From Cercozoa sp. M6MM (taxonomy: Eukaryota > Protista > Endomyxa: Ascetosporea): a stretch of 64,000 bases of DNA. The notes under the pieces were generated by a model. That model searched no databases. It worked only from the letters and a program-made list of their open reading frames with translations, and was not told where the DNA came from. Shown one piece after another: positions 11,507 through 25,444 of this stretch. The stretch is from assembly GCA_040357565.1 (NCBI GenBank), contig JBDODJ010000043.1. One strand, written 5' to 3'. Both the position numbers and the translations under genes were made by a program. Position 1 is the stretch's first letter. Every line of letters begins with the position of its first letter.

Positions 11507-12282
11507 ATGTCCTTGCAGCTTAAAGTGCTCAAGTTTGCCGAGCAATCTGCCAAATGGCCGACTGCAGGGTGTCACATCGTGGTATGTGTTGTTTTTGCGG
11601 ACACTTGGTGTTTTGCATTGTTCCTAAAATATCATGTGCGCAGGCTCAGTCGACAGAGGATGCTGTCGTTGTTTACCAAGCATTTCGTCCTTCGATTGCT
11701 GCGCACGCTGTGGTTTGTTGCTTGGGTTAGTACATAATGATTCACACACACGCGCGCGCGCGGCACGCACACGCACACACACCGCCGCACCGCACACACA
11801 TACACACACAACCCTTGCCTCTTTAGAGTCACCAACGCTTCACCGGATGCAGTGACTACAATCCAGACCGGTAGCTCTTCTCATTGCTGAAACTGTGTGG
11901 TCTTTCCTGACTGGATGCACCGAAACAGAATGACGTGGATCAAGACGAACTTTCTGTGGATGTGTTACCGTTCCGGGTGGAATTCAAAGCCCAACCAGGA
12001 ACGAACGCTCGCCATTTGGCTCAAGCGCAGTGCGTTCTTGGAAATCCTCAACGACGCTGTCATATCACGTTTTCCTCACGAAGCTGCCGCTGCTGTACTT
12101 TCGTTTTGCGTCAAAAAGAAGGTTTTTGATTAATCGTTGCTTCCAACTTGCTCCCAGGGCAAGTTCAAATTCACTGATGAAACGGAATTTCGCGACTGGT
12201 GCCAGGAACGCAAAAACGACACCACTCGGTATCTTGATATTAACACATGTTTCACCCTCCCTGCCCTCACACTCTTTAATTT

Positions 12283-12333
<51 letters not shown>

Positions 12334-12907
12334 CTGAAGGTCGTTTGTGCGACTGCAATGGGACCCCGACCACTTGCCGAATGGACACAAGACACAGCGT
12401 CGAGCGATCCAACTGGTACTGTTCTCTTTGCTTGATTATCATTCCTCTATATTATCTCTGCCTCGTACATCTACCTGTCGGTGTGTTTCATTGTTTTCCT
12501 ATCCATGCACCGAAGGGCATCAAGAGACGACCGAGTTTTGCAAACGGCGAAGATATCCTTCGCATTGAAGACATCACTGACTCGTACACAGTTTTACGCA
12601 TGCGATGTGTATTTGGATCGTTACAGTGCCGGTGGGTAGTCTCGTGATCCCACAGCAGACGGCTGCGCTGCATCCTCAGATTGCTGCTGCTGGCTCTGAT
12701 GGTGCTGACTGTGACTTTAACGATCCCGAAGTGCTCAGCGCTGCGTGGCCTGACCTCGTCACTCCTATGGTAGCGGCACCTAAGTGCTTCAGACTGCTGC
12801 TTTTACGAGTACCATACATGGACTGTTTTGCGTAGGAGGATATCCTTCGCATTGAGGATCCCAACATTCGCAGCCTACTCGCGCTCGATGAGCTTGCCAG
12901 CAGCTAA
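11507..12907 (+). CDS. DUF4291 family protein, multi-exon
   Basis: VVVYQAFRPSIA, RMTWIKTNFLWMCYRSGWNSKPNQERTLAI, VRLQWDPDH...RRAIQLGI, IEDITD are the characteristic DUF4291 motifs. Confidence 0.9.
12285..12331 (+). repeat. (TG)n microsatellite in a DUF4291 intron
   Basis: Read directly. Confidence 0.95.
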
Positions 12908-13316
12908 ACGTAGAAGGACGAGAGTTTTGAAAGTAAAATCAACTAAGTAGTTCCTTTGCACCTGAGTATCGATAATAATAATCTCACAAATATATATGTT
13001 TTTTATGCGACGAATCGGCTCAGTTGTTCATCAGCGCAATTTCGAGCCGGTAGGCTGAAGGGAGCAGAAACAAGCAGTCTCACCACGCGTTGTCAAGGCC
13101 TGTGGGCTGCGTGACGCGTTTTAGTTTAGCTGAGGCAGGAATTTTATTGTGTCAAACGGCGTTTAGAGCGTCTTTCTGAGGTATTTGTCTGGGAGCGAGC
13201 GAAAGCCAGAAATCCGTTTTTTTTTTTTTTTTTTTGCTAGATGTTTGTTTTTCCAAACGTGTGCATTCCTTGACGCTGAATTTAAACGTGTTTGTGTCTG
13301 CGCGTCAGGCATCGCC

Positions 13317-15695
<2,379 letters not shown>

Positions 15696-15961
15696 CGCTA
15701 CTGGCGAACTGCACGGGCACGGCTGTGCATGCACCAAAGAATAATTGGAACCTGCCTGCCCATCCGACTGCGTCTGATCAGTGACGACATGATTATGGCG
15801 GACGTATAGTACGTACCGTGCCGTACTGTAATTAAAGGACGAAACTCGCGTCACGTCGACGGCTTAGGATCCGGAGTACTGCTAGCTAGCACTTAAATTT
15901 GTTCGCCCGATGGGTACAAGCCGAGCGGCTCCTGTCGCTTCATTCATTTGCCAGTGCCAAC

Positions 15962-17032
15962 TCATGCCCAGCCATCCTCTACCACAAGCGGACACGATGG
16001 TGTTTCACCCAACTCTTCTTCGCGCAGTTGGCGGGAAAACCGCTATTTACACACGAAAAGTAGGTTTTACTATCATATGGGGGCTTCGGTCAGTTGTCTA
16101 TCGAACACGCACCTGAAGTTCCGCCGTAAACTGTCTCGTTCGCAGTTCATACCATCTTTCTACGGGGGGACGATTTCGAATCCACCAAACATCTTCAAGT
16201 CCCCGGAGCAACTCACTCTCCTTGCATCGCAAGGCCAACAGGGCAAACTCAATACCCGCAACGGGGAGCGCAGGATCGCCTCGTTCATCGATTTTTTGAA
16301 GAATTTCATCCCACTCTATGCCATCATCCATGCCATCATCCTCTTCATCGTTGTCTTCCACTGAGCGAAACTGCCCGGCAAGACCGCGTTTCCGTACCAA
16401 GTCGCCGAATGCAGAGTTCCACGATGACATCTGTCTTGAAGGGTATAGCGCTCCGATTTCATTTGGAGCACGGCCACCAAAGTCAGCTACAGGAAGATGC
16501 AAATACTTACGCAAATACATGGGTGATAAATGAGATGGTACTTAGTTGTCGCCACTCGCGCACCTGCGTACGCGTATCACTCTCATACCGAACTCGTGAG
16601 GACAACTCTCTCAGGTCGACCGCAACTTGCTGACATACGTCCTCGCCAACTCGCTGCATTTCGATGTTATCATCGCTCATTGATTCAAACTCACTTTTTT
16701 CGTTATCTGTTTTATCTGGCGCATCTGAGGCCGTTTCCTCCGTGGCGTCGAGTTCGTGTTTTCTATTTGCACGAACAAGCTCGCGTCGTCGACCGCGCAC
16801 CTCCAATAACTCGCGCATTCGGAGTGCAGTGCTTTGGACACTACCTGTGCAGATTAGGGGTACAAAACTACGGCACCCAACATCCAGACCCGATTGCTAA
16901 ATCCTGATTGAGACTGATGGGGTCGGGAGCAAGGTTTTTCCGCTTATTCTGTAGTTGTAGCTTGAGTGCAGCGTTTCTCCTTTTTGTTTGGTCATGACGC
17001 CCAAACCTGGCACGTTCTCTGCATAGAAGCAT
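15962..17032 (-). CDS. Hypothetical protein, ~4 exons, head-to-head with the EFHC gene
   Basis: ORFs 16507-16818 and 16098-16520 join in frame through a GT-AG intron; C-terminal WWIRNRPPVERWYELRTRQFTAELQRF block; 5' end tentative. Confidence 0.6.
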
Positions 17033-17041
17033 CGTCTCCTT

Positions 17042-17111
17042 GCAAAAATCTGGGCGAAAAGATACCTAAGCTCAACTTGAAACAGTCTTGAAGCAAAAAT
17101 CTGGGCGAAAA
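17042..17111. promoter_or_regulatory. 19-bp direct repeat GCAAAAATCTGGGCGAAAA x2 (period 51) filling an ~87-bp divergent intergenic region
   Basis: Copies at 17042-17060 and 17093-17111, between ATGs at 17032(-) and 17120(+). Regulatory role is inferred. Confidence 0.55.
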
Positions 17112-17119
17112 CAATTTTG

Positions 17120-19477
17120 ATGCAACCACGTCTTCCAAAGCTACCCGGTTATGCAATCGAGCCGCACGTTCGCCGGGATTTCCGCAAAGCACACTACTTT
17201 GATGTAGCGGAGCCTGACCGACCACAGAATGTCGATCGCCTCAAGGCAACAAGTCCTCTTCCGTCCAAAGCGCGGGAAATTCCGTCAAAGTCCACATTTG
17301 AAGCTTCTTCAGAGGATTTCGCGGTCGGCGAGAAACCAGCCTCTTCGCGTATTCGACTTGGTGTGAAAGAAGCCTCGGTAATCTACTTTGACGCTTGAAC
17401 TCGAGTGTTTGCTTGGCATTCATGCGTGTTCCCCGGTAGCATCTTGACAATCCTCCGCAATGGCTGAAGTACGATCAAGTGGTTCTTCGCTTTGGTGGAT
17501 TTTTCGTGGAGAACGTGTACAACAATCCCTTTGAGACTGAGCGCATTCGAGAACTAACGGTTCTGTATTACTGTGCTGATGACACAATCGGCATTTCGGA
17601 GAAGCGTAAACCGCGATTTATTTGACTTTCCGGCTCTTTTACCACTGCCACCCGACCTCAATCATAATGTGGTTTGCTCACAGGTTACGCCAACAGCGGA
17701 ATCTCACAGGGCGCGTTCCTGAAGCGCCAAAAGGTGCCTCGCAGCGGCAACCCGAACAAATCGATAAAGTGGCCCGACTTTGAGATTGGCAAGTCGGTGT
17801 GCATCTTCGGTCGTGATATCCACGTGACGAGTTGCGATAAGTTTACTCGGAGCTTCTTCAGTGAGCACGGCGTGGCGCTCGCTCCAGATTCTCAAGTACC
17901 TCGCGACTCGTACAGTTACAAACTTGAAGCTGATCGCACGCACGTGCCTCCTTCGCGCGAGGTGAGCGACTACATTGAAGCTAAGCTTGGTCGTCAGCCA
18001 AAGGCGACGCTTTTGCGTTGCCGTCAGTACCTAAAACACGACCGTGAAGTGTTGCGTTTCTACGCAGTCTGGGACGACAAGACTCTGTTTGGCCAGAAGC
18101 ACAAGTTCGCGGTTAACTACTTCCTCGCCACGGACGAAATCGAAGTTCAGATGAAGCACGAGCCAAACAGCGGCATTGGTAACAAACAGCACGAACTCTA
18201 TTTGCCAGAATTTGCAAAAATATATGTTTCCCTCAAGTCACGATACGCCACACCAACTGTACGTGTAAATTTAGATCCGTTCCCAGCTTTGTTGAAGCGC
18301 ACGAAGTTGCCCAAGGACACGACCGAGGCACACGCTCGCCAGGACAAGATCGGCGTCGATCACGAGTTCGACAGGACGACCTTCGTGTCATACAATGATA
18401 TCAAGGTCGGCGGTACTCTGACGGTATGGGGTCGCGAGCTGTTAATTGTCGGGTGTGACCCGTACACCAAGGAGTGGTACATCAACAACATGGGCATGAC
18501 CGAAAAGGACATGGAGGACATTCCTGTCGAGGAAGAGGTATCACTGGCACGCATTCTAATCTAATTTACTTGAAATTGAACGCCAGGGGTCAATTATGGG
18601 TTTCTTTAGACCTACGATATTCCGCGAGCTAAAACGCCGCCTCACAACGGGTTTGGAAGTGAGGAAGATTCGCGCCGAAGCGTACACTCATTGATGCCGA
18701 AACCAGCTCGCCCAGACTACTCCAAGATGGTGCGCTACGAGAAGAAAACCCTGCGATTCTTGGCTCGCATGATCAGCAAGTTCCCAGACGACACAGAGCG
18801 ACGATTCGTCATCAGCTATTTCCTTGGCGACGATACGGTAAGCATCTACGAAAAGTCGCGTCGCAACAGCGGCTATTGGGAAGGTAAGTTCCTGGAGCGC
18901 GGCAAACACAAGAACACTGACACGAGCGAGTTGCTCAAAGCCGCGGATTTCTACGTTGGCGCTACGATCGCCGTCAACAGCTTTCGTTTCGAACTTCTTG
19001 AGGCCGATGAGGCAACTCTGCGGACGATGGAAGGTTCGTCAGTTTTTCCGTCGGTTGCCTTGTGGCCCGGGGCGGGGCCCCCCGGTGAATACTGTAAATA
19101 CACATTTTGTAGGTGATGACCGAGGTCTGTTTCCGGGTAAGAAACACCTCAATCTCGTTTGGAATTTTGCTTCGAATTCCTCCTTTTGGCTTTGTTCAGA
19201 TGCCGACGCGAACGAGTTGATCCGGGTCTTGGCAAGACAGATCGATACGAACCTTCGCCTCAGTCATCTGACTGAGACATTTCGTCAGTTTGACAAAGAC
19301 AAGTCCACCTTTATCGACCAAATTGAGTTCAACGCATTGCTCGAGAAATACGGTTGGTTCCTCAATCAACAGCAAGTGCTCACATTGTTCCGCAACTTTG
19401 ACACCAACCGAGACGGCACCATTGACCTGAACGAATTCTTTGCTGCTATTGAGTACCATCGCGACCGTCACAAGTAG
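17120..19477 (+). CDS. EFHC1/EFHC2 (Rib72-like) axonemal protein: three DM10 domains plus C-terminal EF-hands
   Basis: WLKYDQVVLRF, NSGISQGAFLKRQKVP, DREVLRFYAVWDD, PPHNGFGSEEDS, RRFVISYFLGDDTVSIYE, EF-hands DKDKSTFID and DTNRDGTID; includes a 24-nt microexon (19113-19136). Confidence 0.93.
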
Positions 19478-19753
19478 AACTGCCACGTCATCACAGTATA
19501 CTCACGCTCATCCGGCCTGCCGTGCTCCCCACTGCTAGCCCTCTGAAAAATGACTTCCGCCAGCGACTGTAGTACTCGCCTTAGTTAACGACGATGTTCG
19601 ATATGTCATCATTTTGTTTTCGCAGTGATTATAAACTGAAATACTAGCTTCATCTTATTGTTGTTTAATGATGTTAAATTGACGTTTAAACTTCTGCCGT
19701 GCTTCCTGAGTTTCCTTCGGGCTGGAAAGTGTGGTCTTTCAGTTGGCTGTGGG

Positions 19754-20106
19754 TTACGAAAGGAAGCGAGTGAGAAGCAAAAGCGACATTGTCAGCAGTG
19801 CGGACTGCATATACAACGTTGAGGCATGTGCAGTGAGTTGTGTCCAAAAAGCACCTATCAATAATGCAATACAACAAATTGTGCTTACTCCGCGCAAAGT
19901 GCTCGCAGACGACGTCTTTGCGACGTACGGTGCATCTCGGGTTTTATCCGTTCGACGAAGACGCCATTCGCCGACCTGTCGTGAGTGTGTGTGTGTGTGT
20001 GTGTGTNNNNNNNNNNNNNNNNNNNNNNNNNNNNNNNNNNNNNNNNNNNNNNNNNNNNNNNNNNNNNNNNNNNNNNNNNNNNNNNNNNNNNNNNNNNNNN
20101 NNNNNN

Positions 20107-20151
<45 letters not shown>

Positions 20152-21346
20152 AACAACATAAGCAAGTGAGACTGAAGAATACAGGAGGGTTTAACGAGGT
20201 GATGTCGTTGCCGGCTCGTTGCAGCATCTTGACCTATATTATCGATATGTTCGTTCAGGGTGGGCCGGGGGAGTCAACAGCCTCAGCGTACCACGCGATC
20301 GGTGCTATTCACGGGGATCGGCGAATCTGCACTCTTGAAGTTCAGACCTGCATCCGTGCCTGCGAGCGGGGTCAAATGATGTGCGTGGGTGAGAGGAGAC
20401 AATACACAAAGACAGGCGTGTCGAGAAAGAAAGCGTACCAGCATCATACTGGTACAGCGGGTCCGACATGTCAAAGTTGCGCTTGTCCATCCAGTTGCCA
20501 GAGCTATCCGTCAGGTCGGCTCCATCGATTGTAATCGACAAGAACCCTGCTCGATGCGTGGAGCACGAGGATACACAAGTCCCCAATCGCGATGAAGTAC
20601 CCCTTACAGTCAGGCGAAGGCGCAATCATTGAGAAGACCGAGAGAGCGTCCTCTGCCGGTTGGTCAGGGGGTTAGTATAGAAGCGGAAGTAAATTTGTGA
20701 TGTCAATTGCACGTATTGTCGGTGGTACGTTCGCGAAGACAGACGGTAAAGTCTACCCCAGCAGGGTTTGAGTCCGTGCGGAGGGGTGCGCTGTTCAACA
20801 AACACACAATTGCTCACTAAGTACAGTATCCTCGGGCTTGTCGACATCTTACTTGTGAGCTGCCACCGTGGCATTTATTGCCTTGAGTTCGTCGACGAGT
20901 GTGCCCTGCCACCGCACTTAATGGTACATGGTCATGGAAAGCGACCTCATTGACAGGAGACATACCGGAGCGCCTGTTTCAGACATCAATTTAATCCCTG
21001 GCGAGGCTGGCTCACCCACTCGGTACGCCCTATGTCGAGGTGTCAAACAGTGTATCAGTAAGTCACAGCGGGCAGCGTGACGTAACAAATAAAACACGGC
21101 ATGAGCAAAGGTACGCGAGGTTTGGGTCGTGCACGGCAACCACAGGCGGGCTGAAATGCTCGTTGCCTGCAGAATAGTAAGTTTATAATCAGTATCGATT
21201 GAATGGGCCGAGGTCTCTCACGTGTACCCAAGCCGGGATTCTGCTGCCACTCCATGTCTGCATGCAATGAAGATATAGACCATTTCCGAAACTTGGCAAA
21301 TCGAATGTATGATACCGATTTCCAACTTGTAGCACTGCGCTGACAT
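19754..21346 (-). CDS. Stand-alone Spondin_N domain protein with hydrophobic (GPI-signal-like) tail; 5' end unresolved
   Basis: HFSPPVVAVHD, AYRVGEPASPGIKLMSETG, SVFSMIAPSPDWF, YDAGTDAGLNFKSAD; ends ALLTMSLLLLTRFLS*. Confidence 0.8.
19985..20150 (+). repeat. (TG)n microsatellite with 100-N gap
   Basis: Read directly. Confidence 0.95.
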
Positions 21347-22387
21347 GTTTGAGTTTCACTTCAGTTCACTTCAGTTCAGTTCAGTTGAGCGGACGGAGAT
21401 TATTTTTGCCACTGGCTGCTGCAGTTCTGAGTTCAACTAGCGCGTTAACACGAGAACCAAAACACCTAAGTCGAAATCCGGCGTTACGCGTTTGTACGAG
21501 CGACGGCGCTCGCAGTTACGTTATCCGAAAAGAGGGACTTTGAGTCGAACGCGAACAGTTAATCTATCACAGCTTTAATCTCGTAAACACAGGGCACCTA
21601 GAAATCGATCAGAAGGAAAACACCATCGATACCTACTACATTAAACCTTGCTTGGAGCCGGCAGCGCAATTTCCTGTTTCTGTTTCCACAAGTGTCTGTT
21701 GCACTGGCGTCCGACTGCGGGAATTCTAAGGGTCACGGGGAGCTCCCGCGCAGTGTTGTTTGCCCTTTGTGCATTTTGTCGGGCCCGTCCCACGGCCATG
21801 GCATTACCACAGCAAGCTGCCGAATTCGCCCAGTCTTAGAACGAACTGCCATTGATTCGTCGGAAAGCTCGCCTGCCGGCTTAAAAATCTCCGATCCTAA
21901 CAATTAGTGGCTCACGCCGTGACTTCCGTTCGTTTCGCGTCGAAATCCCCAGGTTTTGACCGGATCGCACGCGTACGTCGCTAGGACTGCCAGATAGCTG
22001 CGACCGTGACTGGGATTGCCAGATGGCCGCACGGTTGAGACTGATGACCGACGACACGCGGCTCTTTCAGCACTTACTTTTTCTACAAGACAAAGGGGAC
22101 GAGAGACAGCAGCGACCGAGTGACTGGGCTGAAAGGTTGGACTGGGTTCTGTTCTTTACTACCGCCCCGGCGCCAGCCGATCGGGAACAATGGGGTCTGT
22201 AATTTCTGTTACATACCGGGACTGGGTTCTCGGGATGGTGCGGTGATTGTATTTACATTTCGTTTGCACACGTTTGGCTCAGCGCAGCCAACTTAACGTA
22301 AACTCGAACTGAAACTGAACGAAAACGCAATCAAAGAACAAAGAACGGGAAAACAACGGTAAGCGGCGCAGCACGCTGTGTGTCACG

Positions 22388-24130
22388 CTACGCTACACGG
22401 CGTCGCAAGGGCACCTTGGTGCCGCTCGGTTGTGACAAGGCCTTCGCCGTGTCAGTAGCACTGTCGACATCGCTCGTTATGTTGCTGTTGGAGGACTGAG
22501 TCGTGTCCAGCATTACGATATCAGTCGCGTCAATCTCGTTGGCGCTGTCAGTATTTCCATCATCTTTCGAATCGGCTGAGGTCGTGAAAGATGCATGCTT
22601 TGGTTGTGACTGCTCTGGCTTGGGTTCAACAGGTTTCTTTTGGGTTGCTTTCTGTGCTTGCTCTTGCAGTTTCAGCTTTCGCGTGGATGCAGACAATTGT
22701 GACACTGCACGAGAAGCCTGTTGACGCGATAAACCTGCGCGCACAAGCAGTGCGGTCACTGCCAAGCCCGCGTGTCGTTTCACTGAAAAAATAAATCAAA
22801 GTGAAGTAAAAACAAAAGCAACAAAGGCAGCAAAAGCAGCAAAAGGCACCAGCTTGAAAGACGCGTTTCCACAAAGGCACAGTGTTTGCAATGCCGCCGC
22901 TCGCTTCGTCCGTAGGCGTTGCCGGAGCATTGCCACCCAACACAGCCTCAAGAATGGCCACACCAAGTGCACTCAGCAGCACAGTGGCACCTTGCTTTAG
23001 CATATCGCTCTGCAAGTAGGACATGTAAATATTAGAAGAATGAGGGTAGATAAATACGGTAGGACATACAACAGATGAGATCTGCAAGAACTGCGTGTGC
23101 TGTGTGGCAGTCAACACCACTCGGCACGCAAGCAGGCTCCATCGACCTGGTTCTTCCTGTGCAAAGCCGAGCAATAAAATGAAAGGACACAGAGATTGAA
23201 GCTATCAATACACTGAAAGCACTCCAGTCGCGTGAGGTTAGTTGAGTCGACTCAAGGTAGACACCGCCTGGCGTCTTCGTCACATGCAGCGGCACATTCT
23301 TGGCCTCAGCCGCTGCGAGATGTGAAACTCTTGTACCTGCAACACTCTGGTTGTAAAGCTTGAAGAGACTCGTACCTTGGATGAGAAGTGCCAGTGCCTC
23401 GTCGATAGAGTTTTCGTCATCGTCTTCAACCTGAAGCACTTCAACAATGGCACCAAAGATTTTAGGAAACAACAAGAGGTACATGAGTGGAAATCACGCC
23501 ATCCAACATGCCGAAATACTGCTTGTTTTGCTTCCGCCTGCCCATAAAGTAGTCAACGAATACACGTTAAAAGCACAGGTGGTATACCAGAGCAGAAGAT
23601 GAGCGCGCAAGTCATTCAACGCCACTGAAGGTTTCGACGGCGCAAACACTGCTGCCTGCGGTAATTTCGCTCCATAAACGTCTTGAAAAAACGAGACAGA
23701 AGACACAAGTGACCTGAGTCTGTGGCGGCCAGTTTAAGGCGCCAACGCCTTGCCCATCGGCCAAGTGGCAGGTCGCGCGGATTCTGTGCGCAGCTACAGT
23801 CAAGTGTGCAAAAGTTTGCGCACCAACAGTACGCTTGCTACCGTACCAATCCACTTGATAGCAAGCGCAGCTACGCGATCCAATTCGGTCGAGAGTAAGG
23901 CCTCTGCGGGGACAGAAACACCTTCCTACACACGCGGACACAACGTGCTGTGTAAATGAGCGAAAAAGTGCAGCAAGTTTGAAAAAGAGGACCCCGGAAA
24001 AGGCAGAAACGGTGGCAAACTCGCTGGGCTGCATGTGCGACAAATCCGACACATCTGGCACTCGCGTCAGCCTTCGACCCAGGTACCAAAGAACTGCCCA
24101 GATCACCACTGGCAGGTACAAAAATCGCAT
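22388..24130 (-). CDS. Hypothetical membrane protein, multi-exon
   Basis: N-terminal hydrophobic MRFLYLPVVIWAVLWYLGRR, further hydrophobic segments, low-complexity C-terminal exon; no family recognised and exon structure partly unresolved. Confidence 0.5.
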
Positions 24131-24271
24131 CTAGGCACTGTTGTTACACTTGCACACACTTTGGCTGCTGCAGCTGGTTGAAAACGAACGCACGGAGCGC
24201 CGGGCACCAGGTAAAATCGCGCCCAATTAACGAAATACAAAAATTTGACTTCTTCTTCTAGACTTCGCACC

Positions 24272-25055
24272 ATGGGTCGCTCCAAGGTACTGCAAGCGTG
24301 CTCTAAGCCACTGTCTGGCAGGAACATGTTTTTTCCGCCGTTGCGCGATTTTTTGCCCGCGCTGGCGCAGCTCTGCTGCACTAAATGAGGTGCTCAAGGT
24401 GCACTGCACTTACGCGCTCCGTGGCCGTGTGTTTGCCCGCGTGTCTTTGGGGGTCTTGTGTCAGCGAAACACGATGCTGGTTGGATTGTGTTATGTTCTG
24501 TGTTTGTTGCCCAGGGTTACCGCGCGCAGACGCGTGATAAGTTCTCCAAGAAGACGAAGGGTCTGCCGGCCCCGGCCAAGCAGCTCACCGTACAATTTTC
24601 TTTGTCTAAGCGCGTTTTATGCGCTGTAATGTGTGTTTTGGTGCGTTTTGCAGGTCTTCAAGGTTGGCGATATCGTCGACATCAAGGTGGACCCGTCGGT
24701 GCACAAGGGCATGCCGCACCACTTCTACCATGGCCGCACGGGTCGTGTGTGGAACATCTCGCCGCGCTCGGTCGGTGTCGTTGTGCAGAAGCAGGTGAAC
24801 GGTCGCTTCATCCTCAAGAAGCTCAGCATCCGCTCGGAGCACGTCCAGCACTCTGCTTCGCGTAAGGGCTTCCTTGCCCGCGTGCAGGAGAACGACGAGA
24901 AGCGTCGTGCCTACCAGCAGGCCCTTGCCAAGGGCGAGAAGGTCGAGAAGCCGCTCCTCAAGCGTCTTCCGGTCGCCCCGGCCGCCGGCTTCACGGTCCG
25001 CGCCAAGAAGGTCATCTCGGTCGCCCCGCTGCCCTTCGAGTTCGCCTTCGTCTAA
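24272..25055 (+). CDS. RPL21: 60S ribosomal protein L21 (eL21), 3 exons
   Basis: MGRSK|GYRAQTRDKFSK...|VFKVGDIVDIKVDPSVHKGMPHHFYHGRTGRVWN... Confidence 0.97.
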
Positions 25056-25444
25056 GCTATTGTCGCCTTGTTTCCGACTAGCATAATGTGAGCGAGAACT
25101 AGAAGTCAACTACCCTTAAAAAAACTAAAACAACATGATCGTGGTGAATGCCTTGCGTTTTTTCAAATCGAAGGGGCTCGAAACAAATACAAGCAAACCG
25201 TGAATTTAGGAGTCTGCATGTATTGTGCTTAGCTTGATTTAGGACGTACCTAGCCAAGATGCTAGCAGAAATAGGCGAGCGTCCAAATGACCTCGGCACG
25301 CAGCGTTTAAACCAAATTCGGCTCGAAGGTACAAGGTCGAGCACGTTGACTCCGAGAAGTTCTACGGACGGAGCTACATTCTCGCAAAAACGATGCTTGA
25401 GTGGTGGCTGAGTTTTTTCTCCTCGAGATGGAGGGTAGCCTGAC

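Noticed and set aside
15765-15860. Hammerhead-ribozyme-like arrangement CTGATCA...GGACGAAAC..GTC in the VPS4 3' region
   Set aside because: Core is CUGAUCA rather than CUGANGA (G8 lost) and stems II and III have only ~2 bp; likely chance. An Infernal hammerhead search would settle it.
16170-16186. tRNA T-loop-like TTCGAATCC (also GGTTCGAGAC at 38704)
   Set aside because: No cloverleaf; the first lies inside a coding exon.
21352-21386. TCAGTT/AACTGA repeats as an initiator element (also 22306, 30686, 33931)
   Set aside because: Orientation and position relative to neighbouring genes are inconsistent across occurrences.
21907-21921. GTGGCTCACGCC match to the Alu/SRP RNA 5' end
   Set aside because: 12-nt match only; flanking sequence does not fit SRP RNA.
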